Shown here in pieces: positions 35,594 through 48,558 of a DNA stretch of 64,000 nt. Under the pieces are notes generated by a model. The model had not been told where the DNA came from, made no database searches, and saw only the letters and a program-made list of their open reading frames with translations. The stretch's first letter is position 1; each line of letters starts with the position of its first letter. Made by a program: the position numbers and the translations under genes. The DNA comes from Felis catus. Its lineage: Eukaryota. The stretch is from contig NC_058368.1 in assembly GCF_018350175.1 (NCBI RefSeq), positions 214,026,001 through 214,090,000 on the forward strand, in the 5' to 3' direction.

Positions 35594-36230
35594 GTGTCTT
35601 AGCTTTCTAGAGCTGTTATGACAAAATATCACAGAGTGGGTGGCTTCAACAACATAAATTTATTTTCCTACAGTTCTGGAGGCTGGAAGTTCAAGATCAA
35701 GATGTCAGTAGGGTTTGTTTCCTCTGAGGCCTTTCTCCTTAGCTTGTAGATAGCTGTCTTCTCTCTGTCTTCGCATGGTCTTCCCTCTGTAGTTGCCTGT
35801 GTCCAAATTTCCTCTTCTTTTTTTTTTATTTTTATTTTTTTAAATGTTTTTATTTATTTTTGAGACAGAGAGAGACAAAGTATGAGCAGCGGAGGTCAGA
35901 GAGAGAGGGAGACACAGAATCCGAAGCAGGCTCCAGGCTCTGAGCTGTCAGCACAGAGCCTGACGCGGGGCTCGAACCCACGGACCGTGAGATCATGACC
36001 TGAGCCGAAGCCAGATGCTTAACCGAGCCACCCAGGCGCCCCTCAAATTTCCTCTTCTTATAAGAAAACAGTCATATTGGATTAGGGCCCACTCTAATGA
36101 CCTAATTTTAACTTCATTGCCCCATTTAAAGGCCCTATCTCCAAATAAAGTCACACTCTGAAGTACTGGGGGTTAGGGCTTTAACATATGAATTTGGGGG
36201 ATGAGCAGGTCACAATTCAGAAAATAACAG
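35594..36230 (-). mobile_element. MLT1A/B-type LTR interrupted by a Can-SINE
   Basis: TGTCTTAG..ACAAAATATCACAGAGTGGGTGGCTT..ACAGTTCTGGAGGCTGGAAGT.CAAGATCAAG..GTCATATTGGATTAGGGCCCAC..CACAATTCA. Confidence 0.88.
35820..36042 (-). mobile_element. Can-SINE, full length
   Basis: Body ending CCACCCAGGCGCCCC; perfect 16-bp TSD CAAATTTCCTCTTCTT at 35804-35819 and 36044-36059. Confidence 0.96.
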
Positions 36231-36351
36231 AGAAAGAATGATATTTATTAACCCTCTAAAACTCTATCAACAGCCCCTATATTGTCTTTTTTTCTTAAAT
36301 ACATTGTCATACACAATTTTGAAACAGATTATTTTTTCCCCTCACCTCATT

Positions 36352-36573
36352 TAACTTTTTAATGTTTGTTTGTTTGTTTGTTTGTTTGTTTGTTTGTTTG
36401 TTTTGAGAGAGAGAGAGAGCAGGGGAAGAGCAGAGAGAGAGGGAGAGAGAATCCCGAGCAGGCTGTACACTATCATCACAGAGCCCTACATGGGGTTCAA
36501 ACTCACCAACTGTGAGGTTTTGAACCAAAATCAAGAGTCAGATGCTTAACCGACTGAGCTACCCAGGTGCCCC
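36352..36573 (-). mobile_element. Can-SINE with (TTTG)n tail
   Basis: GAGAGAATCCCGAGCAGGCT..GATGCTTAACCGACTGAGCTACCCAGGTGCCCC. Confidence 0.92.
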
Positions 36574-37989
36574 TTCTTACTCCATTTATTTCAGTGCCAA
36601 GAACTAAGAACATTTTAATCAGGGCACTGTTTAGTTTCCTTAAAATAAAAACAGGGCAATGATGCTCAAAGGCTGGTTCCTAGTAGGGGGAGGGTTGCTA
36701 GGTGTTGTATTACCTAGAATTGGTTCAAGACAAGACCTGGTGAAAACCTGTCCCCTGCTAATCAACGCGTCTGTAAGTCTTCCCTCAGAAACAGTGTGGA
36801 GCAATGAGATCATTGTTTGTACAACCCTTTGGAATTTACAATTTGCCGAAATACCCAAGGTTGATGTTGTGTACATGTTTAGGTTCACAAGTAATTATAA
36901 GGCTATAATCCAAGCCTATGTTTCTCCATTAGTTTTGTTCTTTGATATTTCTCTTACCAAATTTGAGCTTGAATGGTTTTCCCAAGGGAAATTATGCACC
37001 TGGAGTGATGGCTGATTTTTATGGAATTCTGTTAATATCCTATGTGACTGAAGATGGTCATTCAGAGCTTTGTTTCAGGGACATAAAACCTTTAGGCATT
37101 TCCACACTGTGAAAGGAAGAAATGACAGATCTGTGGCAAGGAAGCACTTTTTTTGATCAGTGTGATTATATTAGAATGCTCAACTTGGATATATTGATTT
37201 GTCTTTGAGAGCACTTTGTGCCACATAAATCTCATAGAAATATCTTTAAGGAGCTGCCCCAGAAGGCCACTACTTCCCTTCTCAGCAAAGAGAAGCAAAG
37301 CCAGGGAGTCATTTGTCAAAGTTTCAAACAGAATGGTCCATTTATGAACTGACACTGCATGGTTTCCTATTCTGACATTCATGGGATTTTAAAACAAAGA
37401 TGCATTTTATGATTAACCTCGGCATATAGAAGCAAAGAGCTATATTTGTCTCTTTTGACTTCAGCAACCTGAATTTTTAAAAAATCACCTTCAAGGAGAA
37501 TCATATTTATTATACCTCAAAAATTCAGTTTATATGCACCCTTGTTCAGAGCAATTTCTTTTTTCCTACATTTAATAGCCAAGTGGTCATTTGTTTTGGA
37601 CATGCGTTCATGCTTTGGAAGATTTGGCCACCAATGGACAAGAACATTTTTGAGGGTGTTTTTTTTTTCCCCTTCCCTTCTGCCTTAGTATATGGGAAAT
37701 AGGTCTAAAAAATTATAAATGAATTTTAAAAGATTGATTAAAAGTTTCTCACTTGCTCTGTGTTCTGGGACACATAGCCTCAATTTTCTAATTTTTAAGG
37801 GCTGTTGTGGAAAGATCATCTTCTCTCTCTCTCTCTCTTGAATTGGATGACCTTGAGCAAATTACTGGTTGAAATTTACTGTTTTTCCCTCATAAAATGA
37901 ATATTATGATGTTCATATTACGAAACAGGCAGTATTGGAGGAAGAGGGCAAGTAGGTTAGGATATTATTTATTTAGGAGAGAGGATTTT

Positions 37990-38195
37990 GAGTCAGTGTG
38001 GCTTGGTAAATCTATTACTTGCTGGTTGGATGATGCTTGGCATGTGACTTAACTCCCTAAGCCTCAGTTTCTGTATCTGGGAGTAGGCATAATAATTGCT
38101 CCTTTCCCATGTGGTTGTTTGAAAAGAAAATGAAATAGTTTACAAACATAGTGCCTAACACACTGTAAGTGTGAGATTATAATCGTCATCATGAA
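37990..38195 (+). mobile_element. MIR SINE
   Basis: GTGACTTAACTCCCTAAGCCTCAGTTTCTGTATCTG..ATAGTGCCTAACACACTGTAAG. Confidence 0.65.
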
Positions 38196-39344
38196 AATAA
38201 CAAATAACCATTAACAGGTTTAATTACTTTATTTCCCTTAACATAATGAGTAAGACACAGACTCAAAGGGAAAGTAAAATCCATAAAATTCAAACTCTGC
38301 ACTGGGCAAAATGGATTGAAATGAGAGTTATAGAATTTGGAATATATCTTTTGAATATCTGTATTCATATATACATATACATGTGCACATATATATATAC
38401 AGACACATACATAGATACTTATGTGGAAATATAAAAAAAATATCTATTTATAGTCAGTTGAAATTTCACAGAAGTTTTAAATAACATTAAATGTATTTAC
38501 CAAGATTTTATATTATATTATAAATACATTTTCCTTTCTAATGCAAAAACATTTTCTAAATAAAAAAACATATTTAGTCACAAGTACAAAATTGGAATAA
38601 GATTTAATAATCTCCCCTAGGAACTGATTTTGAGGTTTAAACCATCCTTTTATGAACACTGCATTAACTCTTAAATCCTTCTTATAATGTCTTCATATTT
38701 AAGCTTCTGTGGAGAAGAGAGGAGCACACCATTCTCTCACTTATATAAAAATATTCCTGCATTTAAAAATATTAAGAGCTGCTTGAAGATGGCAGCATAA
38801 AGATAATTGTATTAAGTACCACTTTCTAATATCAACTGAAAGGAACACAGATCTAACAGAAGAGTCCATCTTTAATGAAACCAGGAGACAGATACAACCT
38901 CAAACAATGAAGGATTGCTTCTAAATATAGGGCCACGTGGTCCCAGTTCCAGGAGGATGCCAAAAGTGAACTCAAACTCAACAGTCCACGTACACTCTGC
39001 AGTTTTCCAATAGCAGGTGCTGCAGCTCCAAGGCATTTACCAGTTATCCCTTCCTGGAAACCATCACTTCCACAGACCATACTGAGGCACTGCGCACCTA
39101 GATGGGATTGAAAGGGAAAAAAATCCATTAACTTTGCAGGAATCATCTTGGAGGCATACAATGGGAATAATAATACCACAAACAACAATATCAACAATAA
39201 CAATGGCCAATATTTACTGAGTGGTTACTGTGTGCTAGGCGTTGCTTTAAATGGTTTACGTACACCAACCCAGGCAATCCTCAAAGTAACCTTATGAGGG
39301 TACTATTACTACCCCAGTTGTAGTCATCAGTTATAGAACTTGTG

Positions 39345-39507
39345 CTTTTGAAAATGCTTATTTATTTATTTATTTTTGAGAGACAGGGAGAGAGAATCCC
39401 AAGCGGGCTTCACACTCAGCGTGTAGCCCAACCTGGAGTTCGATCCCATGTCCCGAGCTGAGATCAAGAGTCGGACACTTAACTGACTGAGCCACCCAGG
39501 TGCTCCT
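39345..39507 (-). mobile_element. Short Can-SINE inside a MIR (MIR ~39200-39540, - strand)
   Basis: GCTGAGATCAAGAGTCGGACACTTAACTGACTGAGCCACCCAGGTGC; preceded by MIR-like ATTTACTGAGTGGTTACTGTGTGCTAGGC. Confidence 0.85.
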
Positions 39508-39589
39508 AGAGCCTGTACTTTTAGCCCCCATGTTCTGCTGCATTTCCATGGTGTGCATGGAGTCAGCTTCTGTCAGCGGCTCAACATCA

Positions 39590-39862
39590 GTTGAGGAGAA
39601 TGAAAATAAATGTCAGGTGCCCACACAGGAACTGGATTCTGCCGGTAACCTGAATAAACTTGGAAGATTCTTCTCCAGAGCTTCCATGTAAGAGCCCAGT
39701 CCAGCTGACACCTAATTTCAGCTTTGGGAGACCCTGAGCAGGGAACCTAGGCATGCCATGCCAGACTTCTGACCTGACAGAACTCTGAGCTAATATAAGG
39801 GAGTGTTCTAAGTCACCACGTCTGTAGTAACTTTTACACAGCCATAGAAAACCAATACACAA
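39590..39862 (+). mobile_element. MLT1E/F-type LTR 3' part
   Basis: GGAACTGGATTCTGCC..AACCTGAAT..CTTGGAAG..GACCCTGAGCAG..GACTTCTGACCT.ACAGAACT..GCCATAGAAAACCAATACA. Confidence 0.8.
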
Positions 39863-40144
39863 ACATCTTTCACTAATTTAATACATTTAAGAGAAAAATA
39901 TGACGATAAGTTCTGGATGGGAAGAGTTAAGGGAATACCGCAGTGCTTTTGCAAAGACTGACTAAACCGAAATGGAACTAACTCTTTTCCTTCCTGCTGC
40001 TCATCGTCCTCACGGTCTCCAGCCACCACTTCTTCCTCCTCCTCACTCTTAGGCCACAAGTTCTGTCACGTGTACCTCCAAGATATTTCCTCTAGTTTTT
40101 ATTCTCACTGAGTGGTCTTATTTAGAAGACTTCAGTACTTTCTA

Positions 40145-40322
40145 CATTTTTTTTGTTGAGATACAATTGACATGTTATATTAGCTTCAGGTGTGTAACAC
40201 AGTGATTCAATATTTATGAATATTGGGAAATGATCACCACAATAAGTCTAATTAACATCCATCACCATACGTAGCCATACTTTTTTTTCTTGCAGCAAGA
40301 ACTTTTATAATCTTCTCTCTTA
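40145..40322 (-). mobile_element. 5'-truncated L1 3' end within an L2 remnant
   Basis: TTGAGATACAATTGACAT..TATTAGCTTCAGGTGT..AATGATCACCACAATAAGTCTA.TTAACATCCATCACC. Confidence 0.8.
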
Positions 40323-41776
40323 GCCTTCATCACTTCTTGATTAAATTAGTATAGTAACCTCCTAACTCAGGGCTATACTCCATTCTCTACCTTGCTCTTG
40401 TTTTGAGGTTTCTGAATCCCTAATCTGATTATCTACCTTTTCTACTTCAACTCCTTTAAGGACCTCCTCTAGCCTTCAGAAGAAAATTCAAACTCCTGGC
40501 ATAGTGTTGCCAGCTTGAATTTCTCCCACACTTATCATTGGCTTGTAGTCATACTAAATTACTTGCCTTTGCTACAGTGAAGCATATTTTTGCACCACTC
40601 TGCTTGGACGACTACTGCCAATTCTTTCTGGAAAATTGTTATTCATCCTTAAAACTCAATTCGAACATCATCCCTTCCAAAAAGTGTTTTATGAGTTAGA
40701 TATGGACACTTCTCTCACAGGGTCCTCTTCATTAGCTAATTGGGTGCTTTAACAGGGGATCTTACCCCTTCTTCACTGACAGATCCTGACAACCACTTTC
40801 ACAACAGGTAGAGAGACCCTGGGTTTAGACCAGGGTCATGCAGATGTCCATCCGACAGGGTCTAGTCCTGATCTGAGAGTATAACTACTCCATCTCTATT
40901 GTTGTCTTAGGGTATGACCAGCTTTGAGGCGGAGATGGGGAATTTGCGTAGGCAACTCAAAGGTGTTGAGAAAGATGGTCTAATCACTCCTCTGTCTCTT
41001 CTCACTGCAGTTTGCTTTTATAGAGACATTGGGATTTACAGACTTTACCTGGTGAATGTCTAATGATAGGGAAGAGCAAGGCTTTTCACATAGTGCTAGT
41101 TTGAGTTTAGAGAGAGTTGTGAAAGGTTAACACAAAGGGATGGTGGTTCCAGTCTATTAGGTGCTGCTGAAATGGCCTTAAGCGCGTTCATGTGGAGCCT
41201 GTACTCGCCCTGGCAAGCAGTTATGTGGGAATGGAGAGGGCTGGTAACTCGGGCCCAACAAGGCATGGCCCACCTTGATGGACAAAATGGAGCACTTTCT
41301 CTTGAAGGCTGTCTTCACAAGCACCTTGGAGCAGAGTACTTAGCATAAGAGCTGCTAAAGCTGTCCCCTGCATTTTTACTCCAGGATGGTTCTTTGGCCT
41401 GAAGTGTCAGTGGCTAAAGAACGGAATGAAAAGAGATGTGATGCGAAGTTCTTGGCTGGTTTCCTTCATACTGAGGGGACATTGAGGCATGGGTAGGCCC
41501 CCTAATTGAGCTATTATTGCTTTGGTAGGTTGGTAGCATAGGGTCTTTGTGCCATCTATGGTGCTTTGGACTGATCTGCCTTAGCCAGCTTCTACTCCTC
41601 AGCCATGTTGGAGGTGGGAAGACAGGATGGACTTCCCTCTGCTATCAGCATATTACTTTTTGAGCAGTCTTCTGGGATCTGACCATTGTCTCTTATTTGC
41701 ACTGCAACTACCACTTTCATGAGTTTTCTTAGTAACATTTTGTTTGTTTAAAAGAAACAAAATAAGTAGCCCTTTA

Positions 41777-42745
41777 CTTTCCTCACTCTATGCAAAATAA
41801 TCCAAACAAAACTATGTATGTATCTCTATAAGTAACAGAAACAAAGCTTGAGACACCAAAAGCATTTGTGTAACCAACTATGGCTGGAGATCTGATTGTC
41901 AGCCCCCAGCCAACCAAGGCTGGGCACATGTCTCAACAGGTGTCTACAAGAACACTGTCGTATATTCATTGGTTTGCCTGTTTATCCATCCAGCTTATTA
42001 ACGTTTTAAAATCATTCATTTTTTTTTCTATTTCTAGTGAGTAATTCACAGTAGACAATTGGAAAAATGTCAAACCAATTTAAAAATGCAGGGTTTTATA
42101 TCATGTATTTTTGTTCATATGTTTTATTATCATACTTGGTTTTACAGATATAACATTGCATTCTCAAAGGATGATGAACTCTGATAATTAAGTATCCTCC
42201 TTAATTACAAGTTATTTTGATACTTGAGAAAAATATTTGAACGCAGATTTGTTGGTAACATAATTTTGTTTAATCAAATGAATACTATGAAAGTTATAAT
42301 AAAAACACTGCTCTATTAACACACTTAAGGTATACTGTTTTCCTCCAAATTTGAAAATTATCTAAAAAATGTATAAAACTCTCTTTCATAGAAAATATAG
42401 AGACAAGTTAGCAATGAAAAAACGTATCAAATGATTGTACTCCCAGGTGATATTTAGTTGCATCAAATACAATTTTACACCAATAAGAAATGCTTAAATA
42501 TTTGTTTTTTTATCTATCATAACATTCCCTCTAATTCTATGAAAAGAATTAATAATTCAAACGAGAAAGGAGGGACACTAGTGATTTGGATTATTAGTCT
42601 CTTTTAAAAATCTTACTACGGATGGGAAAAATACTTTTTGTAAACCTTTTTTCTTTCCTCAATCTATGCAAAATAATGCAAAGTAGAAGACTTTGAAATA
42701 CTTAGAAGCATGATTCAATGTACCCAATTCTACAAATGGAAAGGT
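41777..42745. repeat. Dispersed direct repeat (core 41777-41806 and 42653-42682)
   Basis: CTTTCCTCACTCTATGCAAAATAATCCAAA vs CTTTCCTCAATCTATGCAAAATAATGCAAA (28/30 identical), with weaker similarity continuing downstream. Confidence 0.75.
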
Positions 42746-45099
42746 AGCCTATTAATTTCTCTTTGTGAGTTTATTAACTTAAGCCACATAACAGACTAGT
42801 TAGAAAAGAATCTGTTACAGGTAAAATAGCTAGAGGTATCAAGTAATTTTTTCTTCTAACTGGTGAGAGTGTATACAACCATTTTTAATGAACAATGCTG
42901 AGCCATTCCCAGCATGAAAATATTTAACAACACTTTCAGGATAAACAAGAATCCTACTCTCTTTTTATCTCTGACATAGCTTTCTAAAGAACTTTGCATG
43001 GAGCAGGTGCCTGACAAATGCTTTTAGAAGCAATTGAATAAATGGATACAGAAACAAAGAGAAGTTAGTACAAGAGTTTGCCGAAAGCAAAACCCACATT
43101 AAATGTCTTGGATGTTTGGGATGTGGAGAGTAAACTTAGAACAAAATACTTTTTGCATGTAAGAAGTTATCCATTTCATTAACGCTTGTTTGGAAAACCA
43201 TTATTTTTATCTAAACCAGTGATTAAGAAAATCTTTTTTCCTGGCGTGAACTCTCTAGCGTTGTGCCTCAATTATTTCTCCTTGTCACACTCCCCAACAA
43301 TAGACCCATAGACATAAGTAGTGATCTTCAGAAAACAATGTTTTCTTTTCACAAAGGGCCCCAAATGCAGAAACAACATTAATCCCAAACCTTAAAAAAA
43401 AAAACCTACTTTTGAAATTTCAAAAAAGCGTTTTCGAAGCTGCTAGATGAGACTTTTTTTCTGTCAGCTTTGATTGTGCAGCATTTTCCCATGGTCCACA
43501 CTAATATCCTGAACGTTCTGCTTGCTCAGCACCATTCTCCTCTCCATTATCATGTATTCAGAAGAGATGAGTGTTGCCTTTCAGTGTGTGTATAACACTT
43601 GTCCCCCAGGTATTCAACCCCTTTTCCCTTTATTAAGAGGCCCAGCTGCAATATTCAACATTAAAAAAAAATTAATGTCTTTTCCAGAGTCACCATCCAA
43701 CACTACCCAGGGATTTCAAGGTCAATGTATGTGATAGCTCAACACTGAGCATCTTGACTATGTGGGATCATTGCAAACATGAAAAGGATGCTTTATGCAC
43801 TAACTATTGGAAATGAATGTGAATGTGAAAGCATGTAAAATTTAAGGCACAAAAGCTTAGGAAAATATTACAGTTGTCATACCTGATTACTTTTAGACAC
43901 AGCTTGATATTCCTGAAGAGTAGATATTAAAGAGTAACTCTTCTTCTTCAGAGATATAAAAATTCACTCATTCAGGTATTCAATAAATATTCATTGGGAG
44001 TCTACTGTGTACATAATGCGGCTGATACATTGATGGATAACAAAGATGTATAACATATTGTATTGACCGTGCATACCATTTCCTAAAGGGCTTTACCAAT
44101 GAAGCAGCAATAAAAAGGACTGATTATGTATTGTAAATGGTGTCAAAAAGTATTCCTTATGTACCATAATAATATGACAGGGTATATCTTTAATAACCTT
44201 GTCCCCCTCAAAGATACATTATATATTACTCGCCAATAACAAAGGAAAGTCTTAAAAAGACTCTTTTCTGATGGAAGTAGACGTAAACCAAATTTGAGTG
44301 AGGATAGAGAATCTGAGCACCAATGCTTTAAAAAAATTCCAGGTGAAATGAGATAAGCCTGACTTGATTATACAGGTCATCTGTTTTCCAAGATAATCAT
44401 ATAGATTTAAAACAAAAGGAGTCAGGACAGTGCAGCATTGGGATCCCAAGATTAGAATGGGGGATATTGACATTTTTAGGAAACTGCTCATTCTCTAGGG
44501 ATCTAATGAATAGTCTTTGAAACCAAGGGAAAAAGAATAATCAAATAGGTTGTTTAAGAGATTCATTTAAAGGCTTTTTCTATGAAGAAACATGATCTTT
44601 CAAACCATGAAGTAGATTGTCAAGAGATTGAAACTTTAACACTGCTAAATATGTCACTGAATTGTACTATAAAACACAGTATTACTATTTCCCTAAATTT
44701 TCTATGTAACTTACAAGTTTGATGGAAAGGTGAATTGCTTTATATCACATTACATATTTTAGCTTTTGGAGAAAAGGAGATGGCTCAAATTTTAATCATG
44801 TCAGACTATAGAGACTGGAGCTCCTACAAATTCATGGTCTTAAACAACTCAGACCTTAATGCTACCTGGAAAGCCTTCTCTTTGTAGTCATCTCTTTCTC
44901 CTATTCTCTGCAGAAACTCCAGAAGCTCCTGACCCCAAATTTGTCATCTTCTCAGTACCTCACATCCTCACCATTATACTCTCTCACTGCCTAATTTCTG
45001 GAGAGTTGGCAAAGTTCAGGACCTCACATCCTTACCCAACAACCTGGCTAATGTCCCATCTCCACGGCAATCACTATATCCAAGGTCATCTACTACCTC

Positions 45100-46330
45100 T
45101 TTTTCTCTATGTCCATTGGTAACTTGTCAGTTCTTATTTTAGATAACCCCTGGGTAACATTTTATACTGTTGACCTTTCCATCTTTATTATAACCCTTTC
45201 CCTAAATTGGAAACACCAACTCCCCTGATTTCCTCCTCATTCTTGAGAAAATATTTCTTAGCCTACATAGCAGGTTCTTTTTGGTTTTGTTTATCCTTTA
45301 ATTGCTGGCGTTCTTCTGGAAGAAGGGTGTCCTTCTTCCCTTAACACTCTACAGACTTTCCCTGCACAATCTCATCCATTCCTACCTTGAAATTGTTATC
45401 TATATACAGCTGGCTCTCTAGGTTACATCCGTATCCCAGATTGCTTTTCTTAAACTTCAGATCTATATATTCAACTGCTGCTTGACTTCTCTTGAATGTC
45501 ACACGAATACCTTAAACTTAGCATGCTTAAATTGAACAGATTGCCTTTCTTCAAATCCTTTCCTTTTATGGGACCTTGTCTCTGATGGTGTTACAAGCCA
45601 CATACATACTCAGTCCAGAAACATGTAGGGATGGCCCACAATCTAATCAGTCAGCAAAATCATTCTAAATCTCTCCTGAGTTCATGGACATAAACATGAA
45701 ATTACTGTTACCACTGGGTTAGTACCAGATATTTTCACTTCCTGTCTAAATGAGCACACTAGCTTTCTCTTGTGTCTGCTTGCTTATAATTCCATCTCCC
45801 CAGACTTTCTCCACACTAGAGCCAGAAATATCTTTCAAAAGAAAATCTTACTACTCCCCTTTTCTAAGTCTTATCATAGGTTCCATCTTAGAATAAAGTA
45901 CAAACTCTTTAAACGGTCTTATACTACTCTTTATGACCTTGTCTCCACTCTCCTTGCCTTTCATATCTCAACATGCTTCTCCCTTGCACGATACTCCAAT
46001 CACCCAACTTTTAAAGTTATCTAAATGTACCATGGTCTGTGTCAATTTTGAGTCTTCTCATAGACTGTTCATTTCATTTGGCTGTTCTTCATCTCATTTC
46101 ATGCTTGACTCTCTTTCACTGTTTAGGATAATCATTTATTCCTCTCAGAAGCCACAGTTTATAGTATCCATACCCCCCATACTTCTATGACAGCATTTGA
46201 TTATACCCGCTTATTTATCTTTTTTTCTGCTATACTGTAAACCCCAAATTTTTGTTATGTTCGAAGTTGTAGTCCCAGATATCTATCACAATAAATATTC
46301 ATTCATATTCACTGATTGAATGAACATAGG
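45100..46330 (+). mobile_element. L2 3' region
   Basis: Pyrimidine-rich L2-like text (AATCTCATCCATTCC..TATATTCAACTGC..AGAATAAAGTACAAACTCTTTA) ending AATAAATATTC..GATTGAATGAA. Confidence 0.65.
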
Positions 46331-46379
46331 AAAAACACATTAAAACAAAAAACTTTAAGAAATGAAAGGAAGATAAATG

Positions 46380-47800
46380 AGTGGCAACTTACTTCGCAGA
46401 ATGGAGTAGTTGAAGCCTAATTTCAAGCATGGGGTGGGGATCCAGTAAGAAGCAAGCTGATTCATAATAATCCATAATAATGTCAGGAATTAGGGGTGCC
46501 AGGGACCTCTGATTGTCTGAGTGTGGGGAGTGGCTGAAAACAGATTGACTGTGAATCTGTATCAGGAGCACGTAGATCCCAGATCCTCTTCCTACCCTGC
46601 ATATCCAGGTAACTTTTCTTCACTTCTGTTTCCCTGCTTAGGAACAGCGGGTACAGTTGAGGGCAGCAGGAAGAGCTGTACCTCAAGATGGTTAAGTGAA
46701 AATCTATATTATGAACATTGGGATCCTCCCAATTCCTTCTCCCATGTAAAGCTCTCCTAATATTGGCAGCCAGGCTTGGACCCCCAGGGAGGAGATGGGA
46801 GGTATCCTCTCAGTGGAAACTGACCCAAGACAAAAGATTTATAAATGCTCCAGTGAAATCATCAGTTTCCTCCATTGTGGTGAGGCCCACCAATGGACAC
46901 AGAGAGCTTCTCCTTAGCTTTTCAGGACCTCACTATTAAGTATGAAAAGACAGCTAGCAATCGCTAGACATTTGAGGAAGACTTTTCATGTGGAAGAAAA
47001 AGACCAAAGCAAACACTGAAGAGAAATTTATAAAAACATAGAGATAAGCAGCGGAGAGCAGAAGAAAATGTTTTAAAAAATTATTCATGACATCAGAGAG
47101 ATGGAGAATTTCTGGAGTGATATTGCAAGCAACAGAAGAGTACTAGAGATTACATGGTTGAAAGGAATTTAAGAATCGTGTCAGGAAGTTTGTGACTGAA
47201 TTATGATAGGTGTGTACAAAGCTAAGCAAATTATTTAAAGAGAGGTAATTATGATTTTCAGGAAAAAATTAAGTTGAATGAGAAAGTTAAGTTATAGTAC
47301 AGTATAAGGCTCAACTGTGAGCATATACACATAGGGTAAATGTAAACTCTTAATTACCAGCTGTGCTGTAACTATATTGGATGGATGGTGAAGTGAGCAT
47401 CTGTGTTTATGCGTGCACACGTGAGCCCGCATGTGTGTACGCGTTGAGGGTGTTGCAGTAAATCTAGATATTTTACTCTCCATAGCAAGAAGTCAATGGA
47501 CAATTTTCAAAACTGGAAACCCAAGAAATAGTATCTTTACTTTGAACTATCTGAAGTTGTTGATACTAACCACTTTTTTAGCCACTAAATGACCATTTCT
47601 TATGATTCAACCTAATATGAGCATTATTTAGAAATGTGGAAGTAAACTCTAGAAAAGCTATCTGGAGAAGTTGAAGGGTGTTACCTCTGGGTAAGGGAAT
47701 GGTATTGAGTGGGTAAGTTTTTGCTGTAAGCTTTATTTATAGAACTATTGGGCATTGTAGACAACATACATATATTAGTTTAATAATAATTAAAATTAAT
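46380..47800 (+). mobile_element. Old L1 (L1M-type) remnants
   Basis: A-rich degraded text ending GTTACCTCTGGG..TTTTATAGAACTATT..TAATTAAAA; family assignment uncertain. Confidence 0.35.
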
Positions 47801-48323
47801 AAAATAATGAATAGGTGGCTTACTTCCAAATTACCTAAGTGAAAAGACCCAACTTTAGTTCCAGGAATGACTAAGAGCAGTAATTGATCTGATTATGCTC
47901 ACCTTTTCTCCTTTAAGGATTTTTACCTTTTAAAAAGTGACTATTAGGAGAGCTTTTTCTGAAAAGACAAAAATAGCTGTTCTAATAGCTCCTTTAGAAC
48001 TTTAATTGGAAGTTTGGTTGTGTCTTCTTCCAATTAAGCTAATTGAAGTGGTACTCTGATTGGGCCCTGGGAGAGGAGGCGCTCCCCAGCTGAGGCTCAT
48101 AGAATAACAGCTGACTTTAAGAAGAGAGAAATAGAAGCAAATGCTTAGGTGAATCAACTCTAGAGGGATTTCAATTATTTACCTATTGACTGACACATGC
48201 AGGGAAAGTAGCCAGAAAAGTTCTGGAAAAAAAAAAAAAAAAGAAAAAAAGAAAAAAGGTGGGGGAGTGGAGAGCTTACCTGAAGTTTTAAATAGATATG
48301 TATCAACTACTCCTGCTTTTTTA

Positions 48324-48558
48324 TTTTTATTTTTATTTTTTTAAATTTTTTTTTTCAACATTTATTTATTTTTGGGACAGAGAGAGACAGAACATGAACG
48401 GGGGAGGGGCAGAGAGAGAGGGAGACACAGAATGGGAAACAGGCTCCAGGCTCTGAGCCATCAGCCCAGAGCCCGACGCGGGGCTCGAACTCACGGACCG
48501 CGAGATCGTGACCTGGCTGAAGTCGGACGCTTAACCGACTGCGCCACCCAGGTGCCCC
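48324..48558 (-). mobile_element. Can-SINE, young felid SINEC_Fc type, full length
   Basis: Nearly identical to the 1988-2215 copy with CpGs intact; perfect 16-bp TSD TACTCCTGCTTTTTTA at 48308-48323 and 48559-48574. Confidence 0.97.
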
